Assembly (NCBI GenBank): GCA_963715335.1
Contig: CAVQRZ010000005.1
Span: 1 to 64,000 of the forward strand
Origin: an uncultured delta proteobacterium
GTDB lineage: Bacteria > Desulfobacterota > Desulfuromonadia > Desulfuromonadales > BM103
Length of the DNA stretch: 64,000 nt
Direction of reading: 5' to 3'
Position numbers and translations under genes: made by a program. Shown here in pieces: positions 20,043-29,508 of the stretch (its first letter is position 1; every line of letters begins with the position of its first letter). The notes below the pieces were generated by a model. That model was not told the DNA's origin. It saw only the letters and a list, made by a program, of their open reading frames with translations, and did no database searches.

Positions 20043-20789
20043 CTAACCTTGCAGCGGGAGGTACTGGTAGAGATACATGGTAAGCTGGCCCATCAGGTTG
20101 AACATGAGCATAATGCCAACGGCCATCAGCATCACGCCGGTACCGATTTCAACCAGCCGGATATATTTGCGGAACCGGTTAAAGGCAACCAGGAACTGGT
20201 GGAACAGCAGGCCGGAAATCAGAAAGGGGACACCCAGGCCAATCGAGTAGGCCGAGAGCAGGCCAATGCCTTCACCGATCTGCCCCGACGTTGCCGCGAT
20301 CATCAGAATCGAGGCGAGGATCGGACCGATACAGGGTGTCCAGCCGGCGGCAAAAGCAAGCCCGACGATGAATGTGCCGAAATAGCCGCTCGGCTTCTCG
20401 TGCAGCTGCACCCTTTTCTCACCGAGCAGGACGCCGAAGTGAAAAAGCCCTGTCATATGCACGCCAAACAGGAAAATCAGTAAACCGCCGATCTTCTCCA
20501 CCCACTCCAGGCCTTCACGCAGATGCGTCTGAAACTTGCTGGAGGCAATTCCGGCAATCGCCCCGAGCAGCACGAATACCACGGAAAAACCGACAATAAA
20601 ACAGAATGAGTGCAACAAGACCGTCATGCGAACCTTGGCGGTCGGATGTTCCTCGTCAAGTTGTTTAAAAGACAGCCCGGTTATATAGGTCAGATAAGAG
20701 GGGATAAGGGGCAGAACGCACGGCGAGACAAAAGAAAGGATCCCAGCCGTGAAGGCAATCCAGTAGGTTATATTGGCAGTTTGTTGCAA
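20043..20789 (-). CDS. ccdA: Cytochrome c biogenesis thiol-disulfide transporter CcdA
   Basis: SFVSPCVLPLIP and GWTPCIGPIL motifs. Confidence 0.93.
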   Translation of the reverse strand: MQQTANITYWIAFTAGILSFVSPCVLPLIPSYLTYITGLSFKQLDEEHPTAKVRMTVLLHSFCFIVGFSVVFVLLGAIAGIASSKFQTHLREGLEWVEKIGGLLIFLFGVHMTGLFHFGVLLGEKRVQLHEKPSGYFGTFIVGLAFAAGWTPCIGPILASILMIAATSGQIGEGIGLLSAYSIGLGVPFLISGLLFHQFLVAFNRFRKYIRLVEIGTGVMLMAVGIMLMFNLMGQLTMYLYQYLPLQG

Positions 20790-20793
20790 GAGG

Positions 20794-21330
20794 CTATCCC
20801 TTGGTCAAGGCCTTGAAGTAAGTGATGGTCTCGGGATGGGCCCAGTCGATAGCGCCGGTCACCTTGTCGTCTATGATACCATCTTTGGTAATGACGAAGG
20901 ACTCAGGAAACTTGTAAACCCCGTATAGTCCCTGCACAACACCCTCCTCATCGTAAAGGATGGGGAATGTATATGGGGTCTTTTCCAGAAATTCAGCGAC
21001 TAAAGATCGGCCATTTGCCTCGATATTGATTGCCAGCATGACAAAATCTTCTCCGGCCATCAGACTATTGAGCTTTTCCATAGAGGGCATTTCCGCCCGG
21101 CACGGAGGGCACCAGGTTGCCCAGAAATTCACAATGACGACCTTGCCGTGCAGGGCTGAGAGGGAAACCAGGTTGCCGTTATTGTCTGCAAGCTGGAAAT
21201 CCGGGGCAAGGTTTCCGATGGCTACCACCGCGACCGGGTCATGAGCCGGTTCTGAACTGTTCGACGTGTAAAAATAAAGCGCGCCACAGACCGCGACTAA
21301 AATCAAGACGACCAACACCGGACGGCGCAT
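20794..21330 (-). CDS. TlpA/ResA-family thiol-disulfide oxidoreductase
   Basis: Membrane anchor, APDF, VNFWATWCPPC..EMP; start placed at MRRPVLV. Confidence 0.92.
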   Translation of the reverse strand: MRRPVLVVLILVAVCGALYFYTSNSSEPAHDPVAVVAIGNLAPDFQLADNNGNLVSLSALHGKVVIVNFWATWCPPCRAEMPSMEKLNSLMAGEDFVMLAINIEANGRSLVAEFLEKTPYTFPILYDEEGVVQGLYGVYKFPESFVITKDGIIDDKVTGAIDWAHPETITYFKALTKG

Positions 21331-21473
21331 AAATAAACCCTTCGAGAACGTTTTGTTTTTATCTTGAATTGTCTTACATAGCAGAAACTGGATGTTTGTG
21401 CTCATGTAAACCCATGGCGGAGAAAATGTCAACCGGTCTGGACAACCAATTCAACTTTGGATTAAAAAACCGG

Positions 21474-21920
21474 CTACGGCTGTCGTGCGACCTTGAATAC
21501 CGACGTGAACCGAGCGTAAAGCTGGTGGTCCTCGCTTTGCAATTCACAGACACCTTCAAACTTCCTTCCTCCGGTGCCTTTCACCCGCGCATATGCGTAG
21601 ACAAGCCCGGAGACGACCGGTGCGAGGAATTCCATGGTTAACCCGGTTGTCGCGAAAGGCGTCCCGCTCGGCAGCAGGCTTTTGATCGCCATGGCGACAG
21701 CCGTATCAGCCAGGGAGGTCAAGGCACCGCCGTGCATGACCCCGCCACCGTTGGCCAGTTTTACCTTAAACGGCAGAGTAAGCAGGGCTTCTCCGCGGGC
21801 AGCACTTTCTATCTTCAGGCCGAGCAACCTCTCGAACGGAGAGTTGTCGATCCATTGCTCAAGTTCGAACTGGACAACGTCCGGCTGTCTCGCATCATCC
21901 ATATCAGCAAAAAGTTTCAT
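21474..21920 (-). CDS. PaaI-family hotdog thioesterase
   Basis: NGGGVMHGGALTSLAD motif. Confidence 0.88.
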   Translation of the reverse strand: MKLFADMDDARQPDVVQFELEQWIDNSPFERLLGLKIESAARGEALLTLPFKVKLANGGGVMHGGALTSLADTAVAMAIKSLLPSGTPFATTGLTMEFLAPVVSGLVYAYARVKGTGGRKFEGVCELQSEDHQLYARFTSVFKVARQP

Positions 21921-21935
21921 GTTCCCATCCGGTCA

Positions 21936-23291
21936 TCAGGGCAGCTCCACAATGTAACCACGGTTGCCGCGATAGATGGTAAATCTCAGCGGCACTCGGC
22001 CCAGGTGTGCTTCAACCAGGGATTCGAGCTCCTGGAGATTTCCCACAGGTTGGCCCTCAATTTCTACGAGCCGGTCCCCCGATCTTATCTCGATGCTGGC
22101 CGCCGGAGAGTCCCTCAAAACTTCGGAGACCAGCACGCCTAGCGAGTCCTCCTCGACCACGATACCGAACCGCCGCGCAAAATAGCTGAAGGCATAATCG
22201 TCAGGCAGCTCGGCGAGATTGACGACGACTTCTAGCTCATCTTCTCCGCGCAGTACAGCAAGTTTGACTTTTACCGCAGGCGGGTAGGTTCTCAGCAGCG
22301 ACAGGTACTCCGAAGCTGCATCCGTCTGGATGCCATCGACCTCGAGAATGACGTCGGCAAGCTGCAGACCTGCGCGCTCCGCAGGTGAACCGGAGTCGAT
22401 CTCCGTAATCAGGACACCGCCGGCACCCCGCGAGCGAGCCATGGTCCGGCTGATTTCACCGGGCAGGATTCCCGCATAAGCAGGCCTGACCCGACCGTGG
22501 GCAATCAGGTCTGCAACGATACGACGAACAACCTTGATGGGGATGGCGAAACCGATCCCCTGGGCCTGCTGTATGATCGCTGTGTTGATTCCGATCAGGC
22601 GACCATTTATATCCAGCAGCGGCCCGCCTGAATTACCCGGGTTGATTAGAGCGTCGGTCTGGATAAACACCGAGACCCCCCCCTGACCGTCCGGTAATCT
22701 GCGTTTCGGTGCGCTGATCACGCCGGTCGTGACTGAGTTTTCCAGGCCGAGCGGATTGCCGATCGCAATCACTGTCTCACCCAGCAAGAGGTCATCGTCA
22801 GCAGCAAAATCGAGGCTGGGCAAAGGTTCTCCGGTGACAACCCTGATAACGGCCAGGTCGGTCGCGGGATCGATCCCGACCAGCGTCGCCTCACGTTCCT
22901 TGCGCTCTCCAGGCAACGCCACGTACATCCTGGACGCCTGCTCCACGACATGTGCATTGGTGACCAGAAAACCGCGGCTGTCGATGATCGCACCCGAACC
23001 AAGGGCCTGGGTTCGATAGCTGCGCGTTGGAGCGAACTGACTGAAAAAATCATTAAAGAAAGAATCGCCGAAACCGAAGAAAGGGGTCGTCCGGCGCTGT
23101 ATGATCTGTTCCGTCCGGATATTGACCACTGCCGGGCCAGCCTTGGCAACCGTCTCCACCACTGCCGACCGCCTCTCATGAGCAGCCGCAGGCAAAGCAA
23201 TGATCAACAGAAGAATTGCTAAACCGAGGGCCCTACATCTCTCTCGCACCTCGCGCCTCGCACCTCGCACTTCATGGTTTCCTGATACCAT
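21936..23291 (-). CDS. HtrA/DegQ-family serine protease with two PDZ domains (start uncertain)
   Basis: TNAHVV, DLAV, IQTDALINPGNSGGPL, two PDZ domains. Confidence 0.93.
   Translation of the reverse strand: MVSGNHEVRGARREVRERCRALGLAILLLIIALPAAAHERRSAVVETVAKAGPAVVNIRTEQIIQRRTTPFFGFGDSFFNDFFSQFAPTRSYRTQALGSGAIIDSRGFLVTNAHVVEQASRMYVALPGERKEREATLVGIDPATDLAVIRVVTGEPLPSLDFAADDDLLLGETVIAIGNPLGLENSVTTGVISAPKRRLPDGQGGVSVFIQTDALINPGNSGGPLLDINGRLIGINTAIIQQAQGIGFAIPIKVVRRIVADLIAHGRVRPAYAGILPGEISRTMARSRGAGGVLITEIDSGSPAERAGLQLADVILEVDGIQTDAASEYLSLLRTYPPAVKVKLAVLRGEDELEVVVNLAELPDDYAFSYFARRFGIVVEEDSLGVLVSEVLRDSPAASIEIRSGDRLVEIEGQPVGNLQELESLVEAHLGRVPLRFTIYRGNRGYIVELP
23243..23270. repeat. Heptamer tandem repeat CTCGCAC (x4)
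   Basis: CTCGCAC CTCGCGC CTCGCAC CTCGCAC. Confidence 0.75.
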
Positions 23292-24660
23292 ACTTCTCCA
23301 TCCGGTAGATCAATGTGTGCCGCGGCACCTGTAAAAAAGCCGCGGCCCTGGTCTGGTTCCACTCATTGCGCTCCAGAGCCTGTATAACAGCCTCTTTTTC
23401 AATCTGCTCCAAGGAGTACCCCTCTGGAGGTAACTCAATAACCCGGCTCCTGGATATGGATGTCTGCGAGCATAATTTGGCCGGCAAGTTATGGCGTTCA
23501 ATCGTCCCGCCATGACTCAGGACAACCAGCCTTTCAACGGCATTCTGCAGTTCCCTGACATTGCCGGGCCAGGGATAGGCCACCATACAGGCCAATGCTT
23601 CTTCGCTGATATTGAGGGGAGTCCCACGGCTGAATCGCTTAAGGTAATGTCTGAGCAGAAGCGGCACATCCTCGGCGCGTTGACGCAGCGGCGGCAACTC
23701 AATCGGAATCACGGAAAGCCGGTAGAAGAGGTCTTCGCGAAACCGCCCTTCCTCTATTGCATTCTCGACGTCCTGGTTGGTTGCAGCAATGATACGAACG
23801 TCCACTGAGCGGATCTTGCCTCCCAGTGGCTCGACTTCCATCTCCTGAAGCACGCGCAGCAGCTTGGGTTGCAATTCAACAGGCATTTCGCCAACTTCAT
23901 CGAGAAACAGGGTCCCGCCATGAGCCTGCTCAAATTTTCCGGCATGGTCGCGTACCGCACCGGTAAAGGCACCGCGGACGTAGCCAAAAAGTTCGCTTTC
24001 CAGGAGATTGGCCGGGATTGCCGCGCAGTTGATAGCGACAAAAGGAGCTTTGCAACGTGGTCCCCCCTGGTGAATCGCCCGCGCTATCAACTCCTTGCCG
24101 GTGCCGCTCTCGCCGGTGATCAGCACGCTTGCCTCGGTCGGGGCGACCCTTCTGACCATATCAAAGACATTCTGCATGCCATCGGAAATGCCGATCATAT
24201 GACTGAAATCGACCTGGTGTTCCAGTTCATCGCGCAGGCGTTGATTCTCTTCCTGCAACCCGAGCAGGTTGAAGGCTTTCTCGACAACGATCACAAGTTC
24301 ATCACGGCTGAAAGGCTTGGTCAGGTAATCATAAGCCCCCTGCTTCATCGCCTCAACAGCTCTTTCAACCGAACTGTAGGCGGTGATCACGATGACAATG
24401 GTCTCGGGACGCTCAGATTTGATCTGCTGCAGGACGTCATACCCCGAGAGCCCCGGCATCTGGATGTCGGTAATCACGACCTGCGGTGAATCGGCATGGA
24501 AAGAGGCCAGGCCCTGTTTGCCGTCGGCGGCGCTAAAGACCTGAAACCCCGCAGAATGCAATGAATATTCGGTGACGCGCCGCAAGGAATCGTCATCATC
24601 GATCAAAAGGACTTTACGGGAGGATTTCTCGCCCCGGGCAGAAAGAGCTGCTTTCTTCAT
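23272..24660 (-). CDS. sigma54-dependent response regulator (ZraR/NtrC family)
   Basis: REC, GESGTGKE, GAFTGA, WPGNVREL, WNQTRAA HTH. Confidence 0.93.
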   Translation of the reverse strand: MKKAALSARGEKSSRKVLLIDDDDSLRRVTEYSLHSAGFQVFSAADGKQGLASFHADSPQVVITDIQMPGLSGYDVLQQIKSERPETIVIVITAYSSVERAVEAMKQGAYDYLTKPFSRDELVIVVEKAFNLLGLQEENQRLRDELEHQVDFSHMIGISDGMQNVFDMVRRVAPTEASVLITGESGTGKELIARAIHQGGPRCKAPFVAINCAAIPANLLESELFGYVRGAFTGAVRDHAGKFEQAHGGTLFLDEVGEMPVELQPKLLRVLQEMEVEPLGGKIRSVDVRIIAATNQDVENAIEEGRFREDLFYRLSVIPIELPPLRQRAEDVPLLLRHYLKRFSRGTPLNISEEALACMVAYPWPGNVRELQNAVERLVVLSHGGTIERHNLPAKLCSQTSISRSRVIELPPEGYSLEQIEKEAVIQALERNEWNQTRAAAFLQVPRHTLIYRMEKYGIRKP

Positions 24661-25784
24661 GATTCCATATGCTCCATTTGTCTCTGTGATCTTGGCAGGC
24701 AAACCGTAAAACAAGCCCCTTGGCCTGGCCTGCAGTCCAGAATGATGCGTCCGCCATGCCCCTGAATGATGCGTTGCGTAATGGCGAGGCCGAGACCTGT
24801 TCCGCTGTCCCGGGTTGTCACAAACGGGTTGAATATCCTCTCACGGTCCTCCGGTGCAATACCCGGTCCGCTATCATTGACAAGGACATGTACTTCATGT
24901 GGCGTTATGCGGAGAGAGACCTTGAGAGAGCCACCGTTCGGCATGGCCTGGAGAGCGTTGAGCACCAGGTTCAGTAACGCCTGTTTAATCTGCTCGCCGC
25001 GGCCAGGGATTTCGATATCATCCCCTAAATCAACGGTCACCTCGACATTGTTCCGGGCCGCCTGCTGCTGGGTCAGGTCGAGCACTTCACCAATAACATC
25101 CTGTAATACAAAACAGCCATGTTCGACCGGTTCCGGGCGGGCGAAACGCAGAAAATCCTCAAGGACCCGGTTGAGGCGATCGACCTCCCTGATCAGAATT
25201 TCTGCAAACTCCAGCTTCGGGTCATCCGGGGCAACACCATCACGCAGGATTTCCGCGGTCCCCTTGATGGAACCGAGCGGGTTGCGTATTTCATGGGCCA
25301 TCCCGGCAGATAGCTCACCTAGTGCCGAGAGCCGGTCTGCGCGACGCAGCTGTTCTTCGATCTCGATGATCTGATCGGCCTGCTCCCTGAGCTTCTGGTA
25401 GCTTCCTTCCAGAGTTTCAGCAGCTTTTTGGTAACGTATCCGCTGCTGCTGTTCGCGTTGGGCAAGAAACCCGGTAAGGCCGCCAATGACGTTGTACAGG
25501 ACAATTTCCAGGTACTGCTCCAAGGCGATAGACGGATAGTGTTGCCAATGGAAAAGCACGTGGGGCATATAAAGAAGCGACGCCAGAAGCGAGGTCAGAA
25601 TGCCACCGCGGAGAGCAAACCAGAGACCGGCGAAAACAATCGGCACATAATAGAGCCGACGGTAGATATCGTGAGCGCCAACCATCTGAGTCGTGGTCAG
25701 GTAGTGAAGGGCAGTGACCAGTAGCAACAGCCCGGCAACTATAGCAAGCCGCAGATAATGTGTCCTCCGGGTATCCGGCATCAT
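24657..25784 (-). CDS. Membrane sensor histidine kinase with His-rich intramembrane input domain
   Basis: About 4 TM helices, [27 protein letters not shown] before MMPDT. Confidence 0.9.
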   Translation of the reverse strand: MMPDTRRTHYLRLAIVAGLLLLVTALHYLTTTQMVGAHDIYRRLYYVPIVFAGLWFALRGGILTSLLASLLYMPHVLFHWQHYPSIALEQYLEIVLYNVIGGLTGFLAQREQQQRIRYQKAAETLEGSYQKLREQADQIIEIEEQLRRADRLSALGELSAGMAHEIRNPLGSIKGTAEILRDGVAPDDPKLEFAEILIREVDRLNRVLEDFLRFARPEPVEHGCFVLQDVIGEVLDLTQQQAARNNVEVTVDLGDDIEIPGRGEQIKQALLNLVLNALQAMPNGGSLKVSLRITPHEVHVLVNDSGPGIAPEDRERIFNPFVTTRDSGTGLGLAITQRIIQGHGGRIILDCRPGQGACFTVCLPRSQRQMEHMES

Positions 25785-25964
25785 ATCCTCGTGGTGAACG
25801 GAAGCCATTCCAAGCGAATAACAATCATAACAAGTGTAGAATATTATACAACAAGGAGAAATGCAAAGCCTTGACAGAGGAAACTCCAAGAAGATTTCGA
25901 TAAATCGGCTTCGAGACCACAAGGCAAGCCTGTTCGTTAGACTGTCCTGCCACATCAATGACCT

Positions 25965-26004
25965 AACAAATGTCCCGGCCCCTTCACATGGAAGGAACCG
26001 GGAC
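25965..26004 (-). terminator. Hairpin, probable terminator downstream of the secreted-protein gene
   Basis: GTCCCGG-cc-CCTTC / GAAGG-aa-CCGGGAC followed by ATTTGTT on the minus strand. Confidence 0.55.
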
Positions 26005-26069
26005 GATTGCTTGTTTATGGCCCAGATTCGTTCTACTCACGATTCTGTGCCAGTCTGTCTGTACCAGAA

Positions 26070-26381
26070 TCAGCAGTTACTGCAGATAGCATCTTTGCTC
26101 TGATCTTTATCAGCAACTGCGTCATTGGACTTTGTTGAAGAATCAAAGCGATACTCCCAATTGCCGGCTTCTGTACCTCCACGAACGAGACTGTTTTGAT
26201 CGTACTCATAATTCATCGCCGCTTTTTGTGCCGACAGCTCGGACGGGGTCAGTTGAGCATCAAAGCTGAACACGTCGATTCCGACTATCGATGGATCAGT
26301 AGTTTCGGCAAAAACCGCTCCGACAAGACCAAAAGAGAAGAAAACGACCAGTAGGCTGATAATCAATTGCTTTTTAAACAT
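26070..26381 (-). CDS. Small secreted protein with C-terminal CxxC
   Basis: Signal peptide (..GAVFA|E), GGAGG RBS, ends ICSNC. Confidence 0.8.
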   Translation of the reverse strand: MFKKQLIISLLVVFFSFGLVGAVFAETTDPSIVGIDVFSFDAQLTPSELSAQKAAMNYEYDQNSLVRGGTEAGNWEYRFDSSTKSNDAVADKDQSKDAICSNC

Positions 26382-26496
26382 GACCTGCCTCCATTCCTTT
26401 GTTGCGTGTTGAACTCTTTAAGATGGTCACTAAAGAGTCGAGGGGCTAGCCCTCTTTAATAATCAGTAAACTGTCAGACCATCTGCGGAAATACTT

Positions 26497-26512
26497 TTCA
26501 CGATGCGTGCCA
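26497..26512 (-). promoter_or_regulatory. Probable sigma54 promoter with variant -12
   Basis: TGGCAC-GCATC-GTGAA: perfect -24, imperfect -12, AT-rich upstream region. Confidence 0.55.
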
Positions 26513-26840
26513 AAACCTTTATAAAACCATAAAGCACTGTAATCTTTATTGTTTTATAAATTTCAACAAATTCAGCGCAGCAATTGTCCAAAGATTTAGG
26601 ATAAAATCACACAACAGCTGAAGATTATTCTACTAAATTTTCAAGAGTTCTCCTGATTTATTGTACGTGCACTTTACTTGATTATAAGGTTGACTATTCT
26701 GGCTTAAGGCCCATTGACAGCGAGCCTTTTGTCATATTTCAGGTCTAAGCATATGCGGTTCCTCGGGCCGGATCTCTTTTGTACTGTATTCTAAGCCCTG
26801 AATTTTGTATTCTGTCTGGCATTTAGCATAAAGGTCGCCC

Positions 26841-27785
26841 ATGAACCTCTTTACTGACATCGTCAATATTGTCCTTCCGGTTTTTTCAGTCATTGCGCTC
26901 GGTTGGCTGCTGCGTCGACTGGGATTGATCGACACGGTTTTTCTCAAACAAACCAACCGGCTGGTTTATTACGTCTGTCTGCCCCTGTTGCTCTTCTACA
27001 AAATCGGCACGGCCGATTTCTTCGCAAATTTCAATGGCCGCCTGGTCATCGGGTCGATCGCCGCCGTGACCATCACCTTCTTTGCTTCATACGCCTATGC
27101 TGTATTCAGAAATTACCCTGACAACGCGAGAGGCGTTTTCAGCCAGGGCTCGTTTCGCGGCAACATTGCCTACATCGGGCTGGCCATCACCCTGAACGCG
27201 TACGGCGAGACCGGCCTGACCCGGGCCGGCATCCTGATGGGCTTTATCGTCCCGTTTCTGAACCTTTACGCCATTTTTGCCCTGCTCTGGCCACATCGGG
27301 GAGACGGTGAGCAGCGGGGGGCCAATTTCTGGTTGCGGCAGATTGCCCTGAACCCATTGATCCTTGCTTCGTTCCTGGGTATTGCCTGGAGTTTTCTTGA
27401 ATTACCTGTCCCCCTGGTTCTTGATCGCAGCCTGAAAATTGCCACCGGGATGACGCTGCCACTGGCCCTTCTGGCAATCGGCGGGGGCTTCTCCATCGAC
27501 CGGTTACGTGGCGACCTTGCCAAAGCGATCATTGCCAGCGCGGCCAAAATCATCTTGATGCCGGTTCTCGCTGCAGCTCTCCTTGTGACCATGGGCGTAC
27601 AGGGGCTGGATCTTGGGATCGGCGTACTGATTGCCGGCACACCGGCAGCAACAGCCAACTACATCATGGCGGACCAGCTGAAAGGAGATGCGGAACTCGC
27701 CGGAACAATCGTTATGCTCTCAACCCTGCTCTCGGCTGTCACCTATACAGTCGCCCTGCTGATCCTGCGCAGCCATGGTTTGTAA
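26841..27785 (+). CDS. AEC (auxin efflux carrier) family transporter
   Basis: VLPVF..GW, LVYYVCLPLLLF, RGN..IG, NPLI, PLALLAIG. Confidence 0.9.
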   Translation: MNLFTDIVNIVLPVFSVIALGWLLRRLGLIDTVFLKQTNRLVYYVCLPLLLFYKIGTADFFANFNGRLVIGSIAAVTITFFASYAYAVFRNYPDNARGVFSQGSFRGNIAYIGLAITLNAYGETGLTRAGILMGFIVPFLNLYAIFALLWPHRGDGEQRGANFWLRQIALNPLILASFLGIAWSFLELPVPLVLDRSLKIATGMTLPLALLAIGGGFSIDRLRGDLAKAIIASAAKIILMPVLAAALLVTMGVQGLDLGIGVLIAGTPAATANYIMADQLKGDAELAGTIVMLSTLLSAVTYTVALLILRSHGL

Positions 27786-27801
27786 TCACAGGAGAGAGGA
27801 A

Positions 27802-27865
27802 AGGTCAGAAGTCAGCGGTCAGGGGGATTTTTCTTGCCTCTTTCCCCTCACCTCTCACCACTGAC
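27802..27865. repeat. Two opposed heptamer arrays
   Basis: AGGTCAG AAGTCAG CGGTCAG ... CCCTCAC CTCTCAC CACTGAC. Confidence 0.55.
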
Positions 27866-27876
27866 CACACACATCC

Positions 27877-28461
27877 ATGACCTACCAACCGTTCAACATA
27901 GGCACAAGGTTTCGCATTCTTCCCTTGGGTTGTACTACCTCCCATGATCGAATCAATCTGGTCATGCAGCGAGGAGCATTCGGTTCCGGAGAGCATGAAA
28001 CGACCAACAGTTGTCTCGAGTTCATGGAAAGAATGGTTGAACTTGATGCTGCACACGTACTCGACCTGGGTAGCGGAACCGGCATCCTTGCCATAGCGGC
28101 ACTAAAGCTCGGGGCGAAATACGCTGTCTGCGTCGACATAGAGGCCGAGGCCGTCGAAACGTCCAAGATCAACTGTGCTCTCAATGGTCTGGAGAATCAT
28201 AGTTCCCACATTAAGGGAACCTTGGATGAAATCGATGCAGCCGGTTTTGATGTCGTCCTGGCCAACATCTACGGCGACATACTGATCGACATTGCAGACA
28301 CAGTAAGCAACAAGTTGAGACCGGGGGGAATGCTGCTCTTGTCAGGGATATTGTGGGAATATAATTTTGACGTGCGCCAGGCTTATGCAAGACAGGGGTG
28401 CGAGGTCATCAAAAACCGGATGCTGGACGAGTTCAGCACGGTCCTGATGAAAAAGCTGTAA
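27877..28461 (+). CDS. PrmA-like SAM-dependent methyltransferase (catalytic domain only)
   Basis: AFGSGEHETT, VLDLGSGTGILAI, VLANI, LLSGI; only 194 aa. Confidence 0.85.
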   Translation: MTYQPFNIGTRFRILPLGCTTSHDRINLVMQRGAFGSGEHETTNSCLEFMERMVELDAAHVLDLGSGTGILAIAALKLGAKYAVCVDIEAEAVETSKINCALNGLENHSSHIKGTLDEIDAAGFDVVLANIYGDILIDIADTVSNKLRPGGMLLLSGILWEYNFDVRQAYARQGCEVIKNRMLDEFSTVLMKKL

Positions 28462-28479
28462 AAGCAGTAAGGCGCAGCA

Positions 28480-29019
28480 TCAGTCTGCTGGTGCAAACAA
28501 CAATTTACTCAGATCATAGCCTTGCTGCTGCAAACGCAGTCTGATGCCATTCATGATCTCTTCATCCAGTTTTTCCTGCCGGCTCAGAATCCACAGATAC
28601 CTGCGGCTCGGGTGACCGACCACGGCCCATTGATAGCCTGGATCCAGATCGATGATCCAGTAATCCCCCCAGAATGGCCAGAAGAAAGAGACTTCGAGCT
28701 TGGCGTTGGTATGTTTGTCAACAACGCGAGCTTTCCCGTTTACCGCCTTGACCGGTCCATCGACAGCACCTTTGCGACACTCGTTATAAACCCCGATCAA
28801 ACCGTCTTCTCGCAAGGTGTATACGGCACGGGTCGCATAGCAACCTTTCTGGAACCTGTGGGGAAAACGTGCTATCTCGTGCCAGGTCCCGGCGTAGCGC
28901 GGCAAGTCAACATCGGCGACGGTTTCCAGGGCAGGCAGGGACCTGTCCGGCACAGTACACCCGCAAAGAGTGGTAAACAACGAAACGAGACTGAAGACCA
29001 GTTTAGGGCGTGCGCTCAT
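28480..29019 (-). CDS. blc: Bacterial lipocalin lipoprotein
   Basis: Lipobox-like LCGC, DLPRYAGTWHEIAR, YLWILSR. Confidence 0.92.
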   Translation of the reverse strand: MSARPKLVFSLVSLFTTLCGCTVPDRSLPALETVADVDLPRYAGTWHEIARFPHRFQKGCYATRAVYTLREDGLIGVYNECRKGAVDGPVKAVNGKARVVDKHTNAKLEVSFFWPFWGDYWIIDLDPGYQWAVVGHPSRRYLWILSRQEKLDEEIMNGIRLRLQQQGYDLSKLLFAPAD

Positions 29020-29498
29020 GAAGGAGTTCTTTCCGTACCGAACAATTCAAGCAGCTTCTGCTTGCGATAATTGAAAATTTCATCAAGGCGCTGCCTGACC
29101 AGACCGCCGGCCAGCCAGTGCCCGGGCAGACCGAAGCCGAGCTGGTAATGCACCAGATCAGTCATTCTGACGCTACCATCAACCTCTGCAAAGTGATGTT
29201 GGTGATGCCATAAACGGTATGGCCCGCTGCGCTGTTCATCGACAAAGTAGACGGGCTCGACAACCTGGGTGATCTCGGTTGTCCACGGCACGGCAATGCC
29301 CGCTAACGGGCGCACACGATAATTGACGATCATCCCTGCATACATGCGTTCGGACAGCGGTGAAGTGACCTCAAACGCGAGATTCGCCGGCGTAATCTTT
29401 GCCAGGTTCTCCGGGCGGGAGAAAAAATTCCAGGCTTCTGACAATGTAAGTGGCAGAACCTGTTCGTATTCAAGTCTGCAGACTGGCGCAAAAACCAT
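29016..29498 (-). CDS. SRPBCC-family protein
   Basis: WNFFSRPENLAKITP, FVDEQRSGPYRLWHHQH, IFNYR. Confidence 0.88.
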   Translation of the reverse strand: MVFAPVCRLEYEQVLPLTLSEAWNFFSRPENLAKITPANLAFEVTSPLSERMYAGMIVNYRVRPLAGIAVPWTTEITQVVEPVYFVDEQRSGPYRLWHHQHHFAEVDGSVRMTDLVHYQLGFGLPGHWLAGGLVRQRLDEIFNYRKQKLLELFGTERTPS

Positions 29499-29508
29499 TT
29501 GCGCTCCC

